64,000 bases of DNA, taken from assembly GCA_000002445.1 (NCBI GenBank), contig CH464491.1:1920001-1984000 (forward strand). Reading direction: 5' to 3'. A model generated the notes under the pieces. The model did no database searches, was not told the DNA's origin, and worked only from the letters and a program-made list of their open reading frames with translations. Shown piece by piece: positions 9,901-19,670 of this stretch. Made by a program: the position numbers and the translations under genes. This stretch comes from Trypanosoma brucei. Lineage: Eukaryota. Each line of letters begins with the position of its first letter. Positions within the stretch are counted from its first letter, which is position 1.

Positions 9901-11942
9901 AGTTTCCTCAGCATCGTATCAAAAATGGCCGAAACTTGATTGCGTGCGGCAGTTCCGGCACTGCAGCTGCCTTCTAGCCACTTCATGGGTGTCGCTGAGT
10001 TATTTATTGAGATCGACAGAAAACCGGAAGGTGTCGCTGTTTGTTCCCACACACGTGTTGGCGTCTGCATATTCTCTAAGGACTGTTTCCATCCGGCTTG
10101 TTCACCATCAACCGCCTTGTCCCCTTCACCCTTTTCTGCTTCACTCTCCACGCCTTCCGATTTACCCCCCGAATCGGCCTTGGCCTTAGGCCTTGTATGG
10201 GTTGCCGTTTCAGCAAGCTTCAGAGCGACGAATTTACTCTGGTCGACAACTGCTGGCGAAGGACCCACAGCCTTTTCCTCCAGGCATGGAAACAGTTGCA
10301 TGTCGCGAGCCGCATGCTTGGCCTCGACAACAAACGTGTTATATTTTTGATTTACATCCTCAAGTCCTGTTGTAAAGCACCCCTCCTTGGTAACAATACG
10401 CCACTGACTGAAACACTTTTGCAGTTGTTTAGCATTGTGAAGACGTTTAAATATTTTGTCCAGTACAGCCGCTCCCAGCTCACGGCGTCGCTTCTCCAGC
10501 ATGCTCTGCCGCCACGTACGCCATGCCCATCTCTTCATGGCTTCCTCCATGTATCGCACATCTCCCTTTGCTTGTGTGGCAGAAGTCTCCATGTTTCGGT
10601 ATCTTAATAGATTGAGAGGAAGTGCGCTCAACTGATCAACCTGCTCGCCCAGGGCACCCGACCAAGGGAGGTGCTCCTCGCGGAGAGCGAAATTCTCGTA
10701 AACATGGGGTAAAATGTACTTGGTATAAAGCTGCAGAGCCCATGAAATACCCGGCGACAAGCTTTTTGCCTGGTCAAGAATACGCCATAGAAGCGCCACA
10801 CTAAGCGAAGTTTCTGCGGTAAGTACCGGTCCGAAACAGAGGTCATTGGGAATAGATGCGGCAGGCGGGTGCGATTCGGAAGCGTCCTCGACTTCTTCAT
10901 CGCGTTGCACCCTTCTCGGGGAGGCACACGCTGCAGACAGTTTGATCTGTGACCTCAGCATCGCTCCCAGGCTTCTGGAGGTACTCGGTGACGACGAAAG
11001 TGACATTGAAATACCGTAAACATCCTCGCTGACTTTCCCCTTCAGCAATATCAACAAATGCCTATGCATACCAGTTATAACGCGGTTGAACAGTCTTTCG
11101 TAAAGGCGCAGAGGAAATGCAACACCCCGTCCAGATACTGTGTAACCCCATGGCGCGTACTTGGGGCACCTGACGCCACCGACGGACAGCGGAGCCTGTG
11201 TTGCATGGGACGTTTCATACTTCTTCCTTTCCTCTGCCACGTCACTTTGCATACGCTCGACTTCTCGCATCATAATCGCTTCTTCCTCCGTGAGCGCTCG
11301 CCGGAAGTTGTTCCACAGTGGAGTGCGAAGGTTTTCCTCCATAGTGGCAATTTCTGCGAACTCTTCTCGAATCGCGTTACGGGACTCCCACATGGAGAAG
11401 AGGGTCTCATTTGCGGCGCGCTCTCTCTCTATGATCCGCTTTGATTCGGTAGAGGATGTCGCATACTTCACGGAGCACCCACCCATCGCGTTTACACCGG
11501 CAGCGAGACCTAGACAGGGAACCATTAGTAACTTCTTGGTCGGTTTGGAAACTACATCCGACCCACGAAGCATTGCGGGTCCTTGATCTTCTCTGTCTCC
11601 AACAAAAGCTGGAAAGAGATCCGGCTGTTGATTAAGCGCCGATTTCATGAGATTTGCAGCTACCTTTTGTGTCAGTTGCGTACGGCGTTTCCGTTCAGCC
11701 TCGGCGGATGCCAAATCAGTAGCGTTCGCAGATGCCAGTAGCCGACATTGTCGCGAGGATAATCGGTGCTTTGGGTCCTCCAACGACGGGAGCACGAGCT
11801 GAGAGCCGGTGCTTTCCTTCAACTCCGTTGGTTGTTGCTGTGGATGTGCTGGTGATGGACTTAACAGAGAAAAGCCGGAATGACGGCCAGTGGTATCTGC
11901 AGACGTCTTGTCATGCTCAAATAGGGGAGATTGATTCATCAA
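6942..11942 (-). CDS. large hypothetical protein (1666 aa) with a central coiled-coil region
   Basis: 5-kb uninterrupted ORF. Heptad-rich segment QNRIIQKLERENESLKEKVYSLEESLRESEEMRLHY...ELERRNTQLKSRLR. No catalytic motif recognised. Confidence 0.7.
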   Translation of the reverse strand: MMNQSPLFEHDKTSADTTGRHSGFSLLSPSPAHPQQQPTELKESTGSQLVLPSLEDPKHRLSSRQCRLLASANATDLASAEAERKRRTQLTQKVAANLMKSALNQQPDLFPAFVGDREDQGPAMLRGSDVVSKPTKKLLMVPCLGLAAGVNAMGGCSVKYATSSTESKRIIERERAANETLFSMWESRNAIREEFAEIATMEENLRTPLWNNFRRALTEEEAIMMREVERMQSDVAEERKKYETSHATQAPLSVGGVRCPKYAPWGYTVSGRGVAFPLRLYERLFNRVITGMHRHLLILLKGKVSEDVYGISMSLSSSPSTSRSLGAMLRSQIKLSAACASPRRVQRDEEVEDASESHPPAASIPNDLCFGPVLTAETSLSVALLWRILDQAKSLSPGISWALQLYTKYILPHVYENFALREEHLPWSGALGEQVDQLSALPLNLLRYRNMETSATQAKGDVRYMEEAMKRWAWRTWRQSMLEKRRRELGAAVLDKIFKRLHNAKQLQKCFSQWRIVTKEGCFTTGLEDVNQKYNTFVVEAKHAARDMQLFPCLEEKAVGPSPAVVDQSKFVALKLAETATHTRPKAKADSGGKSEGVESEAEKGEGDKAVDGEQAGWKQSLENMQTPTRVWEQTATPSGFLSISINNSATPMKWLEGSCSAGTAARNQVSAIFDTMLRKLYDMEKISGHLREGIAVQNRIIQKLERENESLKEKVYSLEESLRESEEMRLHYCNIVQERELDIRELERRNTQLKSRLRCQEQRPWQRTVLRVIGDICGASTALSELVDDSRGSRQKQASRKVCTSPVPALPSSGNSVVTNASSKTTSCGDRVGSAGQRQRGQSPTGEVEEDDYRKGMSRLSSGPPGAEAERLYGKLAPIVLSSTRFMPDSQTILRDWANNCLDDLESLDDLKGGALSTRFYSFSQEARSGVLLSRLLFYLALPRYQNKTATDANNLGQHGGNEGRNFPEQRRRLLMHERVQLETPFPTYSDCFGDLLSMKSVNRMSALLHFARELLASGGQPGDAMVQKRMDHIYDLTLKAVGMTPPPPVDRVDLHEIIDPHALARGDTSATITLVALLYVRFSHPFNHKAKQSAMIERDAMMYLLSKGTYTQSTDSTKSDSPVPLSDSQADDQLPLEDEGKHLARKFLAQLEEDERSPWQLFLKHCQPLINTMAHPYILRGNFWPSTAFDSPDLAYMLGTLGLALQRSLQEHRWHIILSCLVPVRTYSGMSRGIYTGGRSSVAALQAGLYRVGDWVFPDELPCIRAMFRDREAAIRAAVGTGVLKCVGEWTEDEWNTEGFFTTKNKGSLLKSFETCGSDLMQLFLQRAKLSHTCAMPAIDLGSWRLLLMDVGLVSPDDPETSLLDLEQVTNIFCMVMSSLVDVDTRLEEPNPADAGYSTMPLSYFSDEMFFPEFVAALVLLIHEMYPSVYRGGGGEGENESEPTITWLGDALRDFHFRQVVPHQVGETMIRPSSIMKAIRANARAHEVLVRHNKVLQVLHTTYSRDICGLVGIEKDQVVQMLRDAALTSSEISQSVITDLFKACCVSKKVDEALLEERRRENDSRPRDVPVVRRRGNVSILDPTLEGASATKVKEFFLLLYDGFLEFLCVLCHFNQPNPLIPFEQRLEKFLMKGVFRPLAHRSEGLAMVMSQHLPQSKHDGSDT

Positions 11943-12170
11943 CCTTCACCCCTTTGGTAAGATATCTAACTAACTGGTCCTATACTGACGCAGAATGCGG
12001 AATATAAAACAAGATTACGGCGAAATTTGAATTGAAAGATTTTTTCCAGAAAAAAGAGAGGAGTGCAGAAAAAAAAAAAAAGAAGAGCAGCTTACAATGT
12101 TAAAAAAATGCTTTCACAACTTTCCCCTCGTTGAAATGCATGGCAGTTTTAACTGATAGCCAACCGTCCT

Positions 12171-12869
12171 TCATCGCCTAACCACAGACGGAAAGAAGCC
12201 GAACACCCGCTGAGTTATTATGTACGCCACCACAAGAACAAAGCAGAAGAGAGAGACACGCAGCACAATATCATCCACAGTCTTTATGGATAATAATTTC
12301 CCCACCATCTTCTGGGCAATTTCAACAGTCGCATTGACATTCTGCAACGCACCATGCAGCACTTCTAGCGACTCCGAACTTCCCGCAAGCTCCTTGACAG
12401 CGCCCTGCACTTTATGGAGTTCAGCGTTCAGAATAGATCGCGTGTGCATGAGTGAACGCAATGCATTCACCTTTTCGGCGGCGCTTTCCTCACCGCTAGC
12501 CTCAACTGCAGCAGCCGCTGCTGGAAGAGCCCTGCAAATGGCAGCACGATGACTCTCAAGTTGTGCCACAAGTGTAACGAATGATGTGGGCAAAGCCCCT
12601 TCAGTCATTTGTTTCTTTTGTTGGTGGACCATTGCTATCACCTTAGCGAGTTCCTCTACTACATGCTGTGAGGTACCAATAACCGACATGGCAGCCCTGC
12701 GCGTATGTTGGGTGCGGGTGTGCTGATGTGTTTTTACAGCTCGATTTAACTCAGACAACTTGGAGCCCGCCCATCTCTCAAGAGCAATTAACAGCTCAAG
12801 CGAAAAGGTGTCTTTCTCCCCGGCGTCGCGCTGCATCACAGCCCTACTGTCATTTAAGTCTCTTTCCAT
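12171..12869 (-). CDS. tail-anchored coiled-coil protein, SNARE-like (232 aa)
   Basis: ORF ends with a single C-terminal transmembrane anchor (VSLFCFVLVVAYIITQRVFGFF) immediately after a heptad helical segment (ESLEVLHGALQNVNATVEIAQKMVGKLLSIK). This is the typical Q-SNARE layout. The assignment is architectural only. Confidence 0.5.
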   Translation of the reverse strand: MERDLNDSRAVMQRDAGEKDTFSLELLIALERWAGSKLSELNRAVKTHQHTRTQHTRRAAMSVIGTSQHVVEELAKVIAMVHQQKKQMTEGALPTSFVTLVAQLESHRAAICRALPAAAAAVEASGEESAAEKVNALRSLMHTRSILNAELHKVQGAVKELAGSSESLEVLHGALQNVNATVEIAQKMVGKLLSIKTVDDIVLRVSLFCFVLVVAYIITQRVFGFFPSVVRR

Positions 12870-13443
12870 TAGGGCAACAACACTACTACTCTCACTGCTT
12901 GTCCTGTGCTTTCCTAACTTCTTGTGACAGCTATATTTCCTGCAATATAGCCACCGCTAAGTACCGTGGAATCAATGAGCGTAAAAACAAAACGAAAAGG
13001 CGACGTGAAAACATAAGTCCAACGTTCCGTTTTCTTTTTTTGTTGAGGTCAAAATCGCGGATGCGTGCAAACAGAAGGTAATATATATTCGACCGAAGTG
13101 GTGTCTCTTTCCAACACCATATGCGTATATGCGTGTATGGCTACGGGCGTTTGCCCATGACCTGTGCGGGTTCACCTTTCCCACATTCATTTTGTGCTGC
13201 GTCCTGAAGGAAGCAGAAGGTAAAAAGCAACATTTTCTGCATTTACTCCATTCTCAAAACCTATCCCCTTACTTGCCTTTCGTTACATTGACGGTGTAGA
13301 ATGTTCTCCTCAATGTCTTCATTTTTCACCCAACTATGTCCGCCCCTAAAAGAACACAGGGCGAAGAGGCATATACTTTCTGTTGCAAATGCTCTTATTC
13401 ATTACTTCGGGGACGTGGTCCGCTTCTCACCGCCGCTGGTTCT

Positions 13444-14556
13444 TCACTCCCAAGGGATAAGTCGTTTCACTTCCTTTGGTGGTTTTCGCCCCTTGAAAAC
13501 ATCTACCAGTACTTCCACGTCGTCACTCGCGTTCGTCGCGTTGACGCTGTTGCCTAAAGAACCGGAGTCGTGGTGCTCCCCGCTGAGGATGTGGCAGCAA
13601 CTCGAGAAATCGCGCCCCCCAATACCTGAAGGAGATGAGCGACGATCAATATGGGAGTGCGAGGCTAACCGCTTATGGTCTGCCCGCGTCACGTTATGGG
13701 AACGACCACTGGATTCGGGGAACAACTGGTCAAAGCATGGTAGAAGTGATGGACCTGAGTCCATAAAGGACCGGTCATAGGAAACCGTTGACGCATACGG
13801 TTCCAGTAGCGCCGACCCAAGACACGATGCACATTGTTGCCCATTCAATGGTTTCGCTGTTTTCGCCGAATACCCTGATGAACTTGCGCATGCTGTGCAA
13901 TTGCCCCACGTCGTTCTCTTATCACGAGGAGGTCCACTGGGCGCAGAAGCAGCGGTGTCGTCTAAGGAAGAAGCGAAATGTGCTCGGTTGTTACTGTCAT
14001 TTTGTCTTCCCGATGATTTAGTTGTCCTGGAAGATGACCTTCGTTTCGTCCTGCAGTGGGGAGCCACATTTTGAAGTCGCTCCTTCGTCACCTTGCGTGC
14101 CTCCCTCTCAAACGTGCGCGCAACATGCTCTCGAGTGACGGCGCGGAGTCTGCTAACCAAAATATTTGCGAGTTGTTCATCCACCTGATGCAGATACAGT
14201 TCGAGAATATCCGCGACATAATTCTGTATGCTGTGTCTCCATTCCTCCGGAAGCGTGGAGGCTGCGCATTCTCCACTCTTGCAGTCCTGCGGCGCGGTGT
14301 CGCCTGTCGCTGCACTAAAGAATTCCCCGCTTGTTGGCATGTCGCCTCGCATGCCTCCTGGCTCCGTAACGAAGTTTGCTCCCCTGCTAAATCTTCCAAC
14401 ATGGACCCCTCCTCTTTCTAAAAGAACTTCTTTCAATTCCTTGATGTCTTGCTGCTGTGCGAGCACCTGGCTAGTCAGTAGGGCTACTATACGTTCAGTG
14501 CGTCCAAACATACCGCGCGGAGTGTCGGTGGGTGGCAACGTGGGAGCGCCACTCAT
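13444..14556 (-). CDS. hypothetical protein (370 aa)
   Basis: Uninterrupted minus-strand ORF in register with neighbouring genes. Coding-like composition. No recognisable domain. Confidence 0.5.
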   Translation of the reverse strand: MSGAPTLPPTDTPRGMFGRTERIVALLTSQVLAQQQDIKELKEVLLERGGVHVGRFSRGANFVTEPGGMRGDMPTSGEFFSAATGDTAPQDCKSGECAASTLPEEWRHSIQNYVADILELYLHQVDEQLANILVSRLRAVTREHVARTFEREARKVTKERLQNVAPHCRTKRRSSSRTTKSSGRQNDSNNRAHFASSLDDTAASAPSGPPRDKRTTWGNCTACASSSGYSAKTAKPLNGQQCASCLGSALLEPYASTVSYDRSFMDSGPSLLPCFDQLFPESSGRSHNVTRADHKRLASHSHIDRRSSPSGIGGRDFSSCCHILSGEHHDSGSLGNSVNATNASDDVEVLVDVFKGRKPPKEVKRLIPWE

Positions 14557-15505
14557 AACGCTTTGAGAAGATCAATTACACTTCACGAGGGGCAATGATG
14601 TATTTATCCTAAGCTCCAACAGTCCCTGGTGTAGTAAAAACGATGCAAAGTGGGTAAAGTGCAAAGAATCCAGATGAATACAAATACTTACCGGCTAACG
14701 TCTAACGGAAGACACTTACACAAAATACAGAGGGTGTGGAGACAGGTGCAAGTGAGAAGGGAGGCAAAATTTTCTTCACTACACCAAAGGTTAAGTAACG
14801 GTTAGAAAAATGTGAGCACCCCCGAAATATTAGAGGCGGAAAAAAAGGTATGAACAGGGCGCCGAGAGCCGCCTTGTACCTTCGTGAGATGCAAATCGCC
14901 CAACACTTAGAGTGCCCTTCCATTCCCCGCTACTGGAGGTCCTTTCCCAACAACTAATGCACGTTAATGTCATGTTTGTAAACAAGTGAACACGCGTATT
15001 CACAAATCTGTTAGTATATCTGAACATGCACGACCCCCCTCCCACGGGCGTTGCAAAGGTTCTACGAGGGTGAAGGTGAGGCAAAACAGACGAGCAAAGC
15101 GAGGACAAAGTGGAGTGGCAAAAGCACCTCTTGCAAGTTACCAGTGGCGGTGAACTCCACCAACCAGACAACTGCGATAAAGAGGCCGTGGGGAAAGGAA
15201 TAGTACAGGTCGCTAAAGGAAGCCACTGGACAACCAAAAGCATACCTGCAGCGGTGCAATCAAAATGAAAGAAAAATTTTGAGGCCACACAACCTGGGGA
15301 GAAGGAAATGCCCCGCAGTGGGTCACACAGTACCGGCAGCAGTAGTTGCGCGGAAAAAAAGGACAGAGCTGCCACGTGCCACACTATTCGGTAAACGGCA
15401 ACAGGGAACGCGTCCCCACCTCCATGCTGGCAATTGCTTGGTGCTTGCACACACATGTGTGTATATATTTGAACAAGATAATAATCGGAGAACAAAGCCG
15501 GAATG

Positions 15506-17134
15506 TCAATTCCACAAGACCAACCGCTTATCGTTACTTATGGTTGCCAGCACCGACGTTTCCCCCCTCTGTGCCCATGCAACACTTTTCACATGCTCTT
15601 GGTGAGCAGCCTCCAACTCAGCATCCATCACACGGCGTTCGTCCAAGTCAACGATTAACAGAGACCCACGTGAAGTACCCACTGCACAGAACCTCCCGCT
15701 GGGGCTCAGAGCAATCCTAGCGAGATGTGTGGAGGTACTTATATCCTCGCGCTCCACGCGGAACAACGCTTCGTCCATCCGACGTGTGTCTCTCACAGAA
15801 ATGGCGCCTCCTCGGCCAAGTGAGACACACAAGTTGTTTCTGACGACGCGCACGCACGTCGCTCCACCAGGATGGACGTTTTTGATTTCATCAGGGTTCC
15901 CACTTCGTCCACGGGAGTCCCATACACAGATGCTGCCATTGTAGTGTGCTGAAAGCAGATGAGAGTCGGCCACACACAAATCGTTGCAGCAGCTCGGGTT
16001 CAGCAAAGTTTTCTGTATGGTGGCTGACTGCAAGTCCCACAATCTAATTGAACGATCAGAGCTGGCGGTGTAGGCGTTTCTCTGGTCTGCTGAAAGGTAA
16101 GCGGCTGTAACCTTCTCCCTGTGACCAGTTAGTTCCGCTTTCCTCTGAGTCTTTGTATCCCAGATACGGACTACGCCGTCTGTACAACCAACTATCAGGC
16201 GGTCCCCAACACTGTCAATGCACAAAGGCACACCATCACTTGGGTGACACTGCAACGCGGCACCGCTACCACTGTCCCAGTACCTAATCATTCGATCCGC
16301 ACCACCAGTTACGATCCGCTCCCCGCCATTCGTTGCACACACTGCATGGATGAGCCGGTCACCGTGGGGATGTTCGGTCGTAAACATCACGCTGGAAGGC
16401 AATTTTGCAGCCTCCTGCACCGAAAATTCCTGGCGACATGTGTTGACGGGGTCCTTTTTGTGGGAAGAACGTGATACATCCACTTCCACCTCACCACGAC
16501 CTACACCAGAGCTGCCAACACAGCCCTTCTTCCGCATCGTGTTTAATTCATCATCGTACCCAAGTATTTTTTCCTGCATGTGCGCCATGGTTTCCTTCGC
16601 CGTTATCAACTCACGTACGCAGCGGTCCCGCTCGGCCAGTGCGGCGTTGAGTTTTGGCCTGACGATTTTGTTCTCCTCTTCGAGAGCCTTGTAGTTATTC
16701 GCAAGTCTCAGAAGCACTTCCTCAAGTTCCGTCTCGCGGTTCTTCAACTTCTTCACCTCCTCTTTGAGATTCGCGTTTTCTTCCGTCAGCCGCTTCACCT
16801 CACACTCGTTTTTGTAATAGTCCTTTTCATTTTTCAAACTCTCCTGCAGCTTCTCCTGCAGCTGGGCAACATTTGCTTCCAGCTGTTCTTCCCGGCCCGC
16901 GCGGCTAATAACCCCAGCAGAAGCAAGCTCGAGAGCCCGTACTTGCTTGACGAGTTCTTTGTTCTTTTCGTCGAGCGCCGTATTGTCACTTCGCAGGGTT
17001 TGCAGCGACTGTTGGAGCTTTAGCAACCGATTTTGTGCGAGGCGATGTGAACTGAACACGTGCTCCACAGACTGAATCTCCGCAGCATTGCGGCTGGCAA
17101 CCTGGCGGTTAATAATGCCAATCCATGACATCAC
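15506..17134 (-). CDS. coiled-coil plus WD40-repeat protein (ATG16-like architecture), 542 aa
   Basis: N-terminal ~200 aa heptad coiled-coil (LKEEVKKLKNRETELEEVLLRLANNYKALEEENK). C-terminal half has repeated WD-type units ending in WD/WN dipeptides (MIRYWDSGSG, VVRIWDTKTQ, SIRLWDLQSA, ICVWDSRGRS, RLVLWN). Confidence 0.75.
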   Translation of the reverse strand: MMSWIGIINRQVASRNAAEIQSVEHVFSSHRLAQNRLLKLQQSLQTLRSDNTALDEKNKELVKQVRALELASAGVISRAGREEQLEANVAQLQEKLQESLKNEKDYYKNECEVKRLTEENANLKEEVKKLKNRETELEEVLLRLANNYKALEEENKIVRPKLNAALAERDRCVRELITAKETMAHMQEKILGYDDELNTMRKKGCVGSSGVGRGEVEVDVSRSSHKKDPVNTCRQEFSVQEAAKLPSSVMFTTEHPHGDRLIHAVCATNGGERIVTGGADRMIRYWDSGSGAALQCHPSDGVPLCIDSVGDRLIVGCTDGVVRIWDTKTQRKAELTGHREKVTAAYLSADQRNAYTASSDRSIRLWDLQSATIQKTLLNPSCCNDLCVADSHLLSAHYNGSICVWDSRGRSGNPDEIKNVHPGGATCVRVVRNNLCVSLGRGGAISVRDTRRMDEALFRVEREDISTSTHLARIALSPSGRFCAVGTSRGSLLIVDLDERRVMDAELEAAHQEHVKSVAWAQRGETSVLATISNDKRLVLWN

Positions 17135-17747
17135 TAATCTGCCGCGGAAGTTACCCTTGAGTTGTCTTCGTATCGTATATCTCCTGTTGAAGTTGCTACA
17201 GGCTGTCCTTGTCCGCTCGTTTCTACGGAGGAAGAGAGGAATTCACCGCGACGCGGCAGACTGAAGGGATAAAAAGCTGGAAAAAGAAAAAGGCTTTGAG
17301 GAGGAGATGAACGAATGGCATTCATCCACAAAACAATAAAAATTCCCTCTCAAGCAATGGGCCGTGAATTCCCATAGCACATGTGTCCCTGAGTACTGCC
17401 GAAAGCGTAAGAGCTATAGAATAAGTAATGTACCCACCCCTAAACGAAATGCCAGAGACTGTTCCCAGTCGCGACACTATTTAGAACCCTCACTGGCGGT
17501 CATAATTCTCCCTTCCAAGTACGCACACACGCATACGAGAGTTCACTCGCCCCACCGCACCTGCATGGACCGATATATCACAAACACCTGTATTTAAAAA
17601 AGGGGGGGAGGGGGAGAAAAAGCAGTACACCCGTACCTTTTAGGAAGAATCAAACGACCAACTACTCTACTCCTCTTCAAATCACCCCCAAAACAGCAAC
17701 AACCCAACGCAAACGATGTTAGAAGGTAGAACGCATCCGGCACCGAA

Positions 17748-18914
17748 TCATTGGTAGGCCGTTAAATGTGTCGATACACCGAACTTGTAGACCTGATTAC
17801 GCAAGTATCCCATATCTTTAAGAAAGCCACAATACTTGTAAAACGGCCCCTGCCAATATGTGTAGTTGCCCAACATGTTGACGCGGCCGCAGAGAGGCAA
17901 TAACATTCGTTGGGGGCCACATATTAAAATCTTGGGACGTACAGGCTCACCAGTTTCTCCGTTCGTGACAACTGGTGGTGGAAGTGTTTTTCTCACAATG
18001 GTTGGGTCAATGTGGCCAAGGAAAACGTTTTCCCCGAGATGTAATCCATCATCAGCTGCCGGCCGCCCTAACGACATCACATCGTACTTCACCGAAATCC
18101 TTCCCGGGTTGCGCTTGGCATACGCTTCAAATGTACTACGAAATGGGATGTCCTTTGCTGTGTGGTGGCAATACAGAAACTTAAGTTGCGTGTTATCTTG
18201 CTTATCCTTATCCATCACATTCATCAGCTGCAACGCAATGGAAGCTCCAGAAGTGGTGCAAATAAGCCCCAACTCTCCGTAGGTATTGTTTTGGTAGGGA
18301 AACTCCCGCATCCACCGACCAAGGTACACCTGTTCACCCCGCTGAAGTGAGCGCAGCCGGGCGGCCATACGCCCTGGATCGCGCTCCTTTACGGCAAATT
18401 CGATAATACCCCGCTGCTGGGGATGACTTGTTGGTGTGAACCAACGGGTGACAGGAGTCATGGACCGCACAGTGCCGGTAGTGACTTGAACAGAGCTAAT
18501 TGGCTCGTAACCGCAGTAGTCGTAACTGTTGGGAAGGGCAAAACGGAAAAGAAACATGTCTGTCCCTTTGATTCGCTCTTTGTCAAGCAGAGTAACGGGT
18601 ACGTGCGGAGCAAAACGCGATCGCTTTGCTAGTGGTCGGTCATTCTGCAGCCGGACAAAGAAAAACTTGTACAACGAAAATGACACCCCAGTTGTGACAC
18701 CGAAAAACGCAGCGACACGAGCGGCATAGCCCGTATTCACATCGTTGAATGCTTTGCGGATAATTCCCGGTATGTCCTGGAGCGTGTAGGACCACCGCTG
18801 CGGTTGTTGGAGCTGCTGACGTTTCCGCCTGCGGGCTTCATGGTATTTGCTATCACTAAACGTAGAAAAACCAGATGAGGAAGTACCGCCCCCGTTACCA
18901 CTGCTGGGATCCAT
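17748..18914 (-). CDS. NADH-cytochrome b5 reductase-like FAD/NAD(P)-binding oxidoreductase with an N-terminal membrane anchor
   Basis: RWFTPTS matches the RxY(T/S)xxS FAD-binding motif. GELGLICTTSGASIALQLM matches the glycine-rich NAD(P) site. ILICGPQRM matches the CGP motif of ferredoxin-reductase-type flavoenzymes. Hydrophobic segment near the N-terminus (AARVAAFFGVTTGVSFSLYKFFFV). Confidence 0.7.
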   Translation of the reverse strand: MDPSSGNGGGTSSSGFSTFSDSKYHEARRRKRQQLQQPQRWSYTLQDIPGIIRKAFNDVNTGYAARVAAFFGVTTGVSFSLYKFFFVRLQNDRPLAKRSRFAPHVPVTLLDKERIKGTDMFLFRFALPNSYDYCGYEPISSVQVTTGTVRSMTPVTRWFTPTSHPQQRGIIEFAVKERDPGRMAARLRSLQRGEQVYLGRWMREFPYQNNTYGELGLICTTSGASIALQLMNVMDKDKQDNTQLKFLYCHHTAKDIPFRSTFEAYAKRNPGRISVKYDVMSLGRPAADDGLHLGENVFLGHIDPTIVRKTLPPPVVTNGETGEPVRPKILICGPQRMLLPLCGRVNMLGNYTYWQGPFYKYCGFLKDMGYLRNQVYKFGVSTHLTAYQ

Positions 18915-19670
18915 TTATTTTCCGGCAAAGAAAATATGGCCACCTTTCCGCCACAGTATTGCTTGCGTAGGTTAAGCACGGGTGTGGGAGGCATGCAAGA
19001 AAAGAAGATAGATGGTGTGGATAAAACATTCGACAGATACGCTCGGGGATAAGTCAACATAACAACTTCGAGGGAAATCCAACAACAGCAACGCTTTTTG
19101 GGCCACGGGTGACAAAACCACAACAACACACCAGTCAACAAAACTTTCCTCCCAGCACGCATTACCGCCATGGAAAAGACCACCATCCCTCCAAATGCAT
19201 GATGAGAAGGTTATCCCCAGTTATATGCGTCCGTAGAGCCTACAACCCTGACCATTTCCAGCTTTTCTTTCCCGGAAGATATGAGCATACAGATGACAAT
19301 GTGGAACATGGAAAGGGTCTCCTCATCTTTTCTTTTCTACCTCCTTAGCAGCATCGATTCCTTTGTTTTATTTTATTTTTTTTTCTTCACTGCCAATACT
19401 ATGAACGCACCCCATTTGAGCGAGCTCCGCTTCTACTAGTTCATCTTTTGGAGCATAAACACAACTGGAGAATGCACATGCAAGGGATTTACCCGTTTTC
19501 CAACCGTTAGACTGCTACGACAGCGCTCCGTTTACCCGAGGATGCTATTAAAAGACCTAAATGTGTTTGAGTTGTGACCCAACGCCCTCTTTCGTCCGCT
19601 AACTATATTTTTTTGATCGCTTTTCCTGCATTTCTACCAATACTACCAATATCATCATCACTATTACTAC

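Noticed and set aside
14830-15495. 221-aa minus-strand ORF in the spacer between the 370-aa gene and the WD40 gene
   Set aside because: Low-complexity Cys/Phe/Leu-rich translation of spacer sequence. It overlaps polypyrimidine tracts and has no motifs.
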